Assembly: GCF_900188145.1 (NCBI RefSeq)
Contig: NZ_FZOJ01000030.1
Location: 19,377-43,376 of the forward strand
DNA: 24,000 bases
Origin: Anaerovirgula multivorans
Lineage (GTDB): Bacteria; Bacillota; Clostridia; Peptostreptococcales; Natronincolaceae
Direction of reading: 5' to 3'
The notes below the pieces were generated by a model. It ran no database searches, was not told the origin of the DNA, and was given only the letters and a program-made list of their open reading frames with translations. Positions 16,569-23,742 of this stretch are shown here, piece by piece (position 1 is the first letter of the stretch; each line of letters begins with the position of its first letter). Position numbers and translations under genes: made by a program.

Positions 16569-16781
16569 TTAGTCTTCATCAGCAACATACTCTAATATAT
16601 CCCCTGGTTGACAATCTAACTCTCTGCAAATAGCCTCCAATGTATTAAACCTAATAGCCTTTGCTTTATTATTTTTCAGGATGGAAAGGTTTGCGTTTGT
16701 TATACCAATACGCTCCGCCAACTCCTGTAATGAAATTTTTCTTTTTGCCATCATGACATCTAAATTAACAATGATCTTCAT
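16569..16781 (-). CDS. Small XRE/Cro-type HTH transcriptional regulator (YozG-like)
   Basis: 70 aa. KISLQELAERIGITNANLSILKNNKAKAIRFNTLEAICRELDCQPGDILEY is a typical YozG-like HTH. RBS GGGAGAAG. Confidence 0.85.
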   Translation of the reverse strand: MKIIVNLDVMMAKRKISLQELAERIGITNANLSILKNNKAKAIRFNTLEAICRELDCQPGDILEYVADED

Positions 16782-16792
16782 AAGCTTCTCCC

Positions 16793-17287
16793 TTATATGG
16801 TTAAGTCATTTTCTTCTTTGTATTCCACTGCACTTTTAAAGACTTTTTCTAATACTAAAATGAATACTCCTGCAAAGAAAAAGATAAAAAACTCAAAATC
16901 TGTGTGGATTCCTTTTGCATCAATGTATATAATCTCAAAACTTTTATAACTGGGATTAATAAAGAAGTTTATAAAATAGCAGATGGCTATGATAAAGCTT
17001 CCTATCCATATCTTTTTTAAGCTCCTTACATTATCCCAAACAAAGGGTTCCCGAGTTATAAGGGTTTTTGTTATTTTTCTTAGGTTGTAAACAATATAAA
17101 TCAAGGAAGTGCCGCCAATAAGGAATAGCCCATATACAAAAGCTAGTATTGGGGTAGCTTCTTTGAAGGAAGTTGTGAATAATGTGTCTTTAGAAATAAA
17201 TATAAATAGTCCTAAGCCTATCAATAGTAAAACATCTAATACTACTTTAAGAAAACTTGATAAAGAATTTTTCCCATAATACTTCAT
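16793..17287 (-). CDS. DUF2975-like four-helix membrane protein
   Basis: 164 aa with four hydrophobic segments and a C-terminal EYKEENDLTI tail. It lies immediately upstream of a YozG-like HTH gene, a pairing I recall as common in Firmicutes. RBS GGGAGGATG. Confidence 0.6.
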   Translation of the reverse strand: MKYYGKNSLSSFLKVVLDVLLLIGLGLFIFISKDTLFTTSFKEATPILAFVYGLFLIGGTSLIYIVYNLRKITKTLITREPFVWDNVRSLKKIWIGSFIIAICYFINFFINPSYKSFEIIYIDAKGIHTDFEFFIFFFAGVFILVLEKVFKSAVEYKEENDLTI

Positions 17288-17314
17288 GCTTCATCCTCCC
17301 ATAGCCTTATATCT

Positions 17315-17395
17315 ATAACACATTAAATTTTCAGTGTTATTTTGATATGTAATTTACTGTATTTTTATAATAACACCTATTTTATCATAAATCAA
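17315..17395 (-). promoter_or_regulatory. Candidate promoter and repeated ATAACAC/GTGTTAT half-sites upstream of the DUF2975-HTH operon
   Basis: On the minus strand: TTGATT (17395-17390), 17 nt, TATTAT (17372-17367). On the plus strand: half-sites ATAACAC (17315-17321) and GTGTTAT (17334-17340) form a 7-bp dyad with a 12-nt spacer. A third ATAACAC (17370-17376) overlaps the -10. Confidence 0.3.
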
Positions 17396-17649
17396 TATAT
17401 TTTTATCGATAAACAATAAATTTTTATCTCTATAGATTTTAAAGAAGTGTACGATTTGAAGCTGCGAGAATATATTGGTGTGTAGATCCGTTCCTTGTTT
17501 TAACAAACCATATTTATTGATGATTTCATTATCTCCGCAGACCCATCCATTTAGTCATCCATTGTTTATGATAATGTCTTAAACAAAAATCTACAGTTGG
17601 TTTTCTGTTTTATCCAATAAAACAAAAAGAGCTATTATTTGCCCTTCTA

Positions 17650-17692
17650 AAAAATTTAGATTAAAAGGCTCAGCTATAATACTGAACCTTTT
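17650..17692 (-). terminator. Intrinsic terminator after the ABC permease gene
   Basis: AAAAGGCTCAG (17663-17673) pairs with CTGAACCTTTT (17682-17692), with one G-U pair and an 8-nt loop. It starts 5 nt after the stop codon and is followed by a partly U-rich tract. Confidence 0.6.
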
Positions 17693-17696
17693 AGTA

Positions 17697-19298
17697 TTAA
17701 GGTATTATATTATTAAATTTTTCTTTATATCTTCCGAATACAAAGTAATTTACAACAACATAAAGAATAAGAAAGGCTATACTGCCGATGAGTATGATTG
17801 TATTTGCACTAAAGTTAGGCATCATTAGGTAAAGAAGATACAGCCCACCACCTATTACTACCCTTATTAATAGAGCAAGCATTACATTTAAGTTATTTTT
17901 AACCGCTGCAGTTGGACTGGTCCAATTTAACGTAGGTCTTTCTATATTAATTATTATATCAACGGTGGAGAAAAACAAGGTTCCACAAATACAAAATACT
18001 ATAGCCATGATCATCATGGTATAGGTTACTGGTAAATAAATTGCTCCTGCTATGGCGATAATTATTGAACCTGCAAAGGATAAAACCAACGTTGCATAAA
18101 TTCTATATCTTATATTATCTACTGTACTAATTGGTAAAACTTTTGTTTCCCAAAAAGCCTTCCCCTCTCGGGTAATTACTGTAGCTGAAAGACTTCCAAT
18201 AATAGCTGGGGTTGTTATTGTTGCTGCATAAATATATATTATATAAGGAGCCAGCATAGGAGATGTAAATATTCCCGATGTGAGCTCTCCTGTAAATGAC
18301 ATCATGGCGAACATTAAAATTGGTATTAACATGTTTAATACTGTATTTAGTAAAAAGATAGGATTACTAAATATAATTCCTATATGCCGTTTAATCATTT
18401 GTATTGTCTTGCTTCTAGCTTTATAATAGATTTTACCCTTTTCTACTAGTGCTCCTCCCTCTTGATTAAAGGCCAGTAAACTTCTACTATATAGAAGATG
18501 ACAAACGAGTTTCAATGCAAAGATGAAAGCTATATTAAGAAGAATGAAGAACCCTCCATTGATTACTGAGCCTTGCACCATTTTTGTTAGCCAGATACTA
18601 GGAGGAAAGCTTCGGCCAATAAATTTTAATAGACCATCCTCTTGAAGTAAGATACTATCAAGCACTTCAGGTTCCATTTCAACACTTACTAAAACCGTCT
18701 GTAAATATATTATTGCAGCCAATAATAATAAGTTACCAGCTACAACCATCATATTTCTTTTTTTACCTCTGCTGATAAAGGACATAAAGGGGATGATGAT
18801 CAATGCGGATAATATCATTGGCAATAGTGGTGATAGGAATAATGCTATAAGCCCTGTTATAAAGCTAAGCAACTGAAACCCTTCTCTTGTACTGTAGATT
18901 ATAACTGAAGTTCCAAAGAAAAAGCATCCAATTGTTAAAAGATAGATATAGACCGTTGCAAGCTTAGAAAATACAATAGTATCGTTTTTCACAGGTAACG
19001 ACGCTAAAAATTTTAAATCCTTCGAATAGAAGAATACTGAAATTATAAAAGGAATACCTGCAAAAAACATCATCATCACATTGCCTATATACATATAGGT
19101 AATTGTAAGTTCTGGGAAGCCCATGCTGGAAAAGGCATCATACATTTTGGTCACTAATTGTAGTGCTGGAAGAATTAGAAGTGCTGGTAATACCAAGGCT
19201 AATATTCTAAGCCATTTATTTTTTACATTTAAATACTGAGTATATTTACTTAGAAAATCATTTACTTGAATTTTGGTTAATGCTATAAGCTTATTCAT
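17697..19298 (-). CDS. ABC transporter permease, large polytopic (putative ABC-exporter type)
   Basis: 533 aa, hydrophobic throughout (about 12 helices). Its start overlaps the ATPase stop by 8 nt, which suggests translational coupling. Confidence 0.7.
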   Translation of the reverse strand: MNKLIALTKIQVNDFLSKYTQYLNVKNKWLRILALVLPALLILPALQLVTKMYDAFSSMGFPELTITYMYIGNVMMMFFAGIPFIISVFFYSKDLKFLASLPVKNDTIVFSKLATVYIYLLTIGCFFFGTSVIIYSTREGFQLLSFITGLIALFLSPLLPMILSALIIIPFMSFISRGKKRNMMVVAGNLLLLAAIIYLQTVLVSVEMEPEVLDSILLQEDGLLKFIGRSFPPSIWLTKMVQGSVINGGFFILLNIAFIFALKLVCHLLYSRSLLAFNQEGGALVEKGKIYYKARSKTIQMIKRHIGIIFSNPIFLLNTVLNMLIPILMFAMMSFTGELTSGIFTSPMLAPYIIYIYAATITTPAIIGSLSATVITREGKAFWETKVLPISTVDNIRYRIYATLVLSFAGSIIIAIAGAIYLPVTYTMMIMAIVFCICGTLFFSTVDIIINIERPTLNWTSPTAAVKNNLNVMLALLIRVVIGGGLYLLYLMMPNFSANTIILIGSIAFLILYVVVNYFVFGRYKEKFNNIIP

Positions 19299-20010
19299 CC
19301 TTTGTCATCTCCAAGAACACTTCTTCCAGTGTTATATCCTTACTCTTTTTAATATTTTCCAGCACATCACAAGCTATAAGTTTTCCTTTATGAATGATCG
19401 CCACCCTATCACATAAATTCTCCACCACTTCCAGCCCGTGGGAAGAGAAAAATATTGTGCCACCCTTTTCGCAGTGCTCCTTCATTAAATCCTTTAGAAT
19501 CCTAGCAGAATGTGGATCTAATCCTACCAAAGGTTCATCTAAAATAAACAGGTTAGGGTTTGGCAGCAGGGCTCCAGATATTAATAGCTTTTGTCTCATA
19601 CCATGGGAATAGGAGCTAACGGTTTGAGGAAGCGCATCATAGATCTGGAACGCCTTAGTAAACTTCTCAATCCTTTCTCTTCTATCCTTAATGGACACTT
19701 CATACATGTCTGCAATAAAGTTTAAATAATCTATTCCCTTTATTGCATCAAATATTGTTGGATGATCAGGTACAAAGGTAAAGTTCTTTTTTGCTTCAAT
19801 AGGTGTCTTTGAAATGTCCATCCCATTGATTTCTATACTTCCTTCAGTTGGTGCAATAATTCCTGTAATCATTTTTATCGTAGTTGTTTTCCCTGCACCG
19901 TTTGGTCCAATAAACCCTATAATTTCTCCTTTGTTAATTTCTAATGAAATATTATCTACTACCTTTTTCTTTTTATCATAGGTCTTTGATACATTTTTTA
20001 AAACCAACAT
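19291..20010 (-). CDS. ABC transporter ATP-binding protein
   Basis: 239 aa. Walker A GPNGAGKTTT, signature-like YSHGMRQKL, Walker B LFILDEP, and an H-loop (SSHGL). RBS GAGAGGTG. Confidence 0.9.
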   Translation of the reverse strand: MLVLKNVSKTYDKKKKVVDNISLEINKGEIIGFIGPNGAGKTTTIKMITGIIAPTEGSIEINGMDISKTPIEAKKNFTFVPDHPTIFDAIKGIDYLNFIADMYEVSIKDRRERIEKFTKAFQIYDALPQTVSSYSHGMRQKLLISGALLPNPNLFILDEPLVGLDPHSARILKDLMKEHCEKGGTIFFSSHGLEVVENLCDRVAIIHKGKLIACDVLENIKKSKDITLEEVFLEMTKDE

Positions 20011-20072
20011 AAATTACACCTCTCTAATTCATTTTCTAATTCTATTCTTTCTAGGATTTTTACTTTCTTTTT

Positions 20073-20117
20073 TATATCTGTTATATATATAATATAACAG
20101 ATATAAATGTATATCAA
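20073..20117 (-). promoter_or_regulatory. Candidate sigma-A promoter of the ABC operon, overlapped by a 14-bp-arm perfect palindrome
   Basis: Palindrome TATATCTGTTATAT (20073-20086), 5 nt, ATATAACAGATATA (20092-20105). On the minus strand: TTGATA (20117-20112), 17 nt, TATTAT (20094-20089). The dyad therefore covers the spacer, the -10 and the start site. Confidence 0.45.
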
Positions 20118-20182
20118 GACTTTTGATAAATTAAGTTCTCTTTTTTATATCTAGACATACGCCTTTAGGCTTAAAGTCTATT

Positions 20183-20217
20183 ATACAAAAATTGCCCCCA
20201 TACTTGATGGGAGCAAT
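20183..20217 (-). terminator. Intrinsic terminator after the cysteine desulfidase-family gene
   Basis: Minus-strand RNA AUUGCUCCCAU-CAAGU-AUGGGGGCAAU (11-bp stem with one G-U pair), followed by UUUUUGUAU. Confidence 0.7.
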
Positions 20218-20230
20218 TAAGAATGTATGG

Positions 20231-21532
20231 TTAAGCTGATCTAATCCTTTGGCTCTTCTGCATTACCTTAAGAATGACTTCATCTGCTTTATCCATGCCT
20301 TCGTAGGACAATCTTTTTAAATTTTTTATAGTATCTTCTGCGGTTTCAGCAATTATTCCATTTCCTGCTGGAATAATCTGATGATCTATCGCTAGGAGAG
20401 CAGCCTGTACAGCAGCAGAAGCAGATGTAGAAAGCTTCAAAGCACAGCCTACCTTAGCACCATCACAAATCATTCCACTAATATCACCTAAAACATTTTT
20501 AATGACACCCTCTATTTCATCCATTTTTCCTCCCATTAGCCAGACAATTGCTACACCAGCACCTGTACCAGCAGCAACCCCACAGCCACATAAAGCAGAT
20601 AATCTGCCAATATAATGCTTTATATAGCTGTTCATCATATGACTCATAGCTAAAGCCTTCGCCAGCTTTTCCTCTGGAACATCGAATATCCTTTTATAAG
20701 CTACAATAGGCAAAATAGCTGTCAATCCATTATTCCCACTACCGTTGCTGCTCATTACAGGCAGCTTCAAGCCTGACATTCGAGCATCTGAAGCTGCTGC
20801 AGTCAACACCTTGGCATAATTCATCAGGTCGTAGGATAAAATACCTCTTTTCATATTTTGATGCAGTGTGTAACCTACCCCCAGCCCTACTTTTTTTGTT
20901 AAACCAGACATGGCTACTTCTTCATTCATACTTAAACCCTCTAACATAAAAGCAATCCTTTGATGAGGTGTTTTTTCTATTGATTCTATAATAGTACTAA
21001 TCTTAAGGTTATATATACTTTCTCCTCGATCTATAGCTTCAGTAGCATTTTCTTGAAGATTCTCTACCACTTCTCCCTGTCTTTCTAAATAAACAAACTG
21101 ATTATGCTTTCCTTTGATGATTACTCTGGAAAATCCTTCATTGGTATTGAGTTTTACCTCAATATACACCTTCTCCCGAGTATCCTTTATATCTAATCGT
21201 AATTTACCGCTTTCTAACAGCTCTTTTGCAAGCTCTATTTCCTCTTTTTCAATGGACTCTAATAATTGTAATCCTTTTTTGCTTTCTCCTCCAATAAATC
21301 CTAATGCTGCTGCAATATATAGACCTACTTCATCTGTAGGAGGGACACCTACAGCTAACCCATTTTTATAGATATTTGGACTCACACTGACGTGAATATC
21401 CGTTGCTTCTTTAGTATTCAACAATTCCCTAGCCTTTGCACAGGCCAAGGCCACTGCTACAGGTTCGGTGCAGCCTATAGCAGGAACTACTTCCTTTTTT
21501 AGTGTTTCAACAATTACATCTTCTAAATTCAC
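20231..21532 (-). CDS. L-cysteine desulfidase family protein (UPF0597/YhaM/CdsB-like, serine dehydratase alpha-like fold)
   Basis: N-terminal EVVPAIGCTEPVAVALA motif and Cys-rich C-terminal region (LCGCGVAAG, MICDGAKVGCALK), typical of the family. The track starts at TTG 21580, which lies inside the sigma-54 promoter and upstream of the expected start site. I prefer the in-frame GTG at 21532, preceded by GGTGGAATATC. Confidence 0.8.
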   Translation of the reverse strand: MNLEDVIVETLKKEVVPAIGCTEPVAVALACAKARELLNTKEATDIHVSVSPNIYKNGLAVGVPPTDEVGLYIAAALGFIGGESKKGLQLLESIEKEEIELAKELLESGKLRLDIKDTREKVYIEVKLNTNEGFSRVIIKGKHNQFVYLERQGEVVENLQENATEAIDRGESIYNLKISTIIESIEKTPHQRIAFMLEGLSMNEEVAMSGLTKKVGLGVGYTLHQNMKRGILSYDLMNYAKVLTAAASDARMSGLKLPVMSSNGSGNNGLTAILPIVAYKRIFDVPEEKLAKALAMSHMMNSYIKHYIGRLSALCGCGVAAGTGAGVAIVWLMGGKMDEIEGVIKNVLGDISGMICDGAKVGCALKLSTSASAAVQAALLAIDHQIIPAGNGIIAETAEDTIKNLKRLSYEGMDKADEVILKVMQKSQRIRSA

Positions 21533-21575
21533 GATATTCCACCACACTTCATATGATTTTATACAATATTCATAT

Positions 21576-21591
21576 TGCAAAAATCATGCCA
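21576..21591 (-). promoter_or_regulatory. Sigma-54 (-24/-12) promoter
   Basis: The minus strand reads TGGCATGATTTTTGCA, matching TGGCAC-N5-TTGCA with correct GG-N10-GC spacing (GG at 21590-21589, GC at 21578-21577). It lies directly downstream of a sigma-54 activator gene. Confidence 0.85.
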
Positions 21592-21630
21592 ACCTAAAGC
21601 CTTTAAATATAGCCCTTTTAAGAATTGTTT

Positions 21631-21698
21631 TTCTCAAAATGAGAATATCTATAAAGAAAGTAGTCTCAAAATGAGAAATTATATCATTTTGAGACTAC
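21631..21698. promoter_or_regulatory. Three TCTCA-N3-TGAGA dyads, candidate enhancer (UAS) sites for the sigma-54 activator
   Basis: TTCTCAAAATGAGAA (21631-21645), TCTCAAAATGAGA (21664-21676), and an imperfect copy in reverse orientation, TCATTTTGAGA (21685-21695). Centres are at about -73, -105 and -125 relative to the predicted start site. Confidence 0.4.
21650..21698 (-). terminator. Intrinsic terminator of the sigma-54 activator gene
   Basis: 15-bp perfect inverted repeat GTAGTCTCAAAATGA (21660-21674) / TCATTTTGAGACTAC (21684-21698) with a 9-nt loop. The upstream arm includes the last codons and the stop. Followed on the minus strand by UUUCUUUAU. Confidence 0.65.
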
Positions 21699-23465
21699 TT
21701 TAATATCATATTCTTTTATTTTCCTATATAAGGTAGCTCTACTGAGGCCTAAGGCAGTGGCCGCCTTAGAAATATGCTGTTTATTGCTCTGATAATATTC
21801 AATTGCTTTTTCTATCTCCCTCTTCTCAAGCTCTTTTATAGGAGTGATCTTTTTTATAGAGCTTGAATGACAGGGTAATTTTCTATTTACTAATCGTTTA
21901 GGTAAATTTCCTACTTTAATAATGCTTTCATTGCACATATTCACAGCATATTCTATAGTATTTTCCAGTTCTCTTACATTTCCTGGCCAATGATAATTCA
22001 TAAATATATCGAATACCTGTGAATCCACTTCCTTAATATCCTTTTGTAATTTGCTATTACACTTATTTAATAAATACTCTACTAGTGTAAAAATATCTTC
22101 TTTTCTTTCTCGTAGGGAGGGAATCTGTAAAGGAATGACATTAATCCTGTAAAAGAGATCCTGACGAAACTCTCCCTCCAATACTTTGTTTTCTAAATCT
22201 TTATTGGTGGCTGCAATTACCCTTACATCAATAGGGATCAGCTCTTTTCCTCCAATTTTTTCTATCTTTTGTTCCTGTAAAACCCGCAAAAGCTTGGTCT
22301 GTAGATGTAGAGGCATATCGCCAATTTCATCTAAAAAAATAGTTCCTCCACTTGCCAACAGAAACTTCCCTGCTTTACCCCCTCTTCTAGCTCCCGTAAA
22401 AGCCCCCTCCTCATACCCAAAAAGCTCACTTTCCAGTAGTTGTTCAGGGATAGCAGCACAATTAATAGGGATAAACGGAGCTTTAGCACGATTACTGTGA
22501 AAATGAATAGCCCTTGCGAATAGTTCTTTTCCCGTTCCACTTTCTCCTTGAATTAGAATAGTGGAGGTAGATTGACTAGCCTTTTTTGCTTCCATTTTGG
22601 CTTGTTGAAAAATAGTGGTTTCTCCAATTATTTCATCAAAGCCTGTAATAATTGTTCCTGTAGTAATATCATTTACTACATTTAATACATCCGAAAGCTT
22701 ACTAAATATAAATACAATGCCTACCCTCTCATTATCTATATAAATAGGATTGGTATCAAAAACCCCTCTTAGGTGATGTTTTCTAGCAATATAGGTAATT
22801 TCTTTATTTTTAACCTTGTATTTCTCCTTAACCAGCGCTTTAAAGACACCTTCATCAATAAAATCTTTTATATTAGAATGATTCATTTCTTTTTCATTGA
22901 TTTGGAAGAATTGAAGGACATTTTGATTATAACGTAGTATGTTTCCTCTATCATCCACTGCTAGAATTCCTTTATCAACAGAATTTAAGACGATTTCCAG
23001 TTCTTTGGCTAAAAGCTTGATTTGATCTGTACTGTTTTGCTCTAATAGCTTTGAAGAAATTAGGTCCGCCATCTTATTTAGGAATTTTATCAAGTTTTTT
23101 TGGTTGCAAAGAATCTCATTTCTCTGTTTTTCCTCAAAAGCAATTAATCCTATTACCCCTATAACCTCATTGTTAACCTTGATAGGACAGCAAACCTCTG
23201 CATATTCTTTACAATACTTTAAATCTTCACATTGCAAACAGACGGCATGTTGGCCTGCATCTTCAATAATAAAACTTTCTCCCCTTCTTAAGGCTACCCC
23301 AAAAACAGATCCTTTGCTTACCGTTTCTCCTATTCGGTGATAGTAGCATCCAGTGCCGGAAACTCTTGTATATTGATGGTCTACAACTGTCACATCTACT
23401 TTGACTACACTAGCTATAGCCTCTGAAATGTTTTGAACATTTGAAGCAATTTTCATTAAGTCCAT
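21684..23465 (-). CDS. Sigma-54-dependent transcriptional activator (bEBP): Cys-rich GAF-like sensor, PAS-like region, AAA+ domain, Fis-type HTH
   Basis: Walker A GESGTGKELFARAIH. GAFTGA sigma-54 contact loop (EEGAFTGA). Walker B IFLDEIGDM. C-terminal HTH (ISKAATALGLSRATLYRKIKEY). The track starts at TTG 23471. The ATG at 23465 is better spaced from GAGGGTGA. Confidence 0.9.
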   Translation of the reverse strand: MDLMKIASNVQNISEAIASVVKVDVTVVDHQYTRVSGTGCYYHRIGETVSKGSVFGVALRRGESFIIEDAGQHAVCLQCEDLKYCKEYAEVCCPIKVNNEVIGVIGLIAFEEKQRNEILCNQKNLIKFLNKMADLISSKLLEQNSTDQIKLLAKELEIVLNSVDKGILAVDDRGNILRYNQNVLQFFQINEKEMNHSNIKDFIDEGVFKALVKEKYKVKNKEITYIARKHHLRGVFDTNPIYIDNERVGIVFIFSKLSDVLNVVNDITTGTIITGFDEIIGETTIFQQAKMEAKKASQSTSTILIQGESGTGKELFARAIHFHSNRAKAPFIPINCAAIPEQLLESELFGYEEGAFTGARRGGKAGKFLLASGGTIFLDEIGDMPLHLQTKLLRVLQEQKIEKIGGKELIPIDVRVIAATNKDLENKVLEGEFRQDLFYRINVIPLQIPSLRERKEDIFTLVEYLLNKCNSKLQKDIKEVDSQVFDIFMNYHWPGNVRELENTIEYAVNMCNESIIKVGNLPKRLVNRKLPCHSSSIKKITPIKELEKREIEKAIEYYQSNKQHISKAATALGLSRATLYRKIKEYDIKVVSK

Positions 23466-23503
23466 GAACAATCACCCTCAGCTTTTTATACATGCATTAT
23501 TGC

Positions 23504-23674
23504 CTAACTTGATTGTAACAAATAAACAAAATTAATGCTAGATTCCCTAGAACCTAATAAGCCCTCGCAATTAAGAACCTCCTCAGCCATCTCCCTTTTT
23601 ACCTTATTTGATCGTTTCGTGGTGGTTAATGGAAGCATAACATTTTCGTGGGCTGTCAGGTGAGGTTTTAGATT
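23504..23674 (-). pseudogene. Relic of a BceA/MacB-type ABC transporter ATP-binding gene (internal fragment only)
   Basis: Minus-strand translation gives NLKPHLTAHENVMLPLTTTKRSNKVKREMAEEVLNCEGLLGSRES. This matches the Q-loop-to-signature region of BceA-like ATPases (for B. subtilis BceA I recall [45 protein letters not shown]). No Walker A, signature or Walker B remains, and there is no start codon. Confidence 0.5.
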
Positions 23675-23675
23675 T

Positions 23676-23710
23676 ACAAAAACAAAAAGAGCTGTCCTTA
23701 TTAGACAGCT
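23676..23710 (-). terminator. Intrinsic terminator after the histidine kinase gene
   Basis: AGCTGTC (23690-23696) pairs with GACAGCT (23704-23710), 7-nt loop. Followed on the minus strand by CUUUUUGUUUUUGU. Confidence 0.7.
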
Positions 23711-23742
23711 TCTAAAACCTAGTAAAAAGTGACTGTTTATAC

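Noticed and set aside
17440-17640. Slightly GC-richer stretch in the 400-bp gap after the ABC permease. It has an open minus-strand frame (LNGWVCGDNEIINKYGLLKQGTDLHTNIFSQLQIVHFFKIY...) that could be a gene relic or small ORF
   Set aside because: No ATG or SD, no motif I can recognise, and the frame runs into the promoter region of the next operon. Only a BLASTX search could rescue it, and from sequence alone it is unsupported.
17626-17640. 15-mer AAAACAAAAAGAGCT repeated at about 17620-17634 and about 23680-23693
   Set aside because: The copy at about 23680-23693 is the A-tract and stem start of the histidine kinase terminator. The other copy is A-rich filler sequence about 30-45 nt beyond the permease terminator hairpin. 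The similarity is best explained by composition constraints, not by a repeat family.
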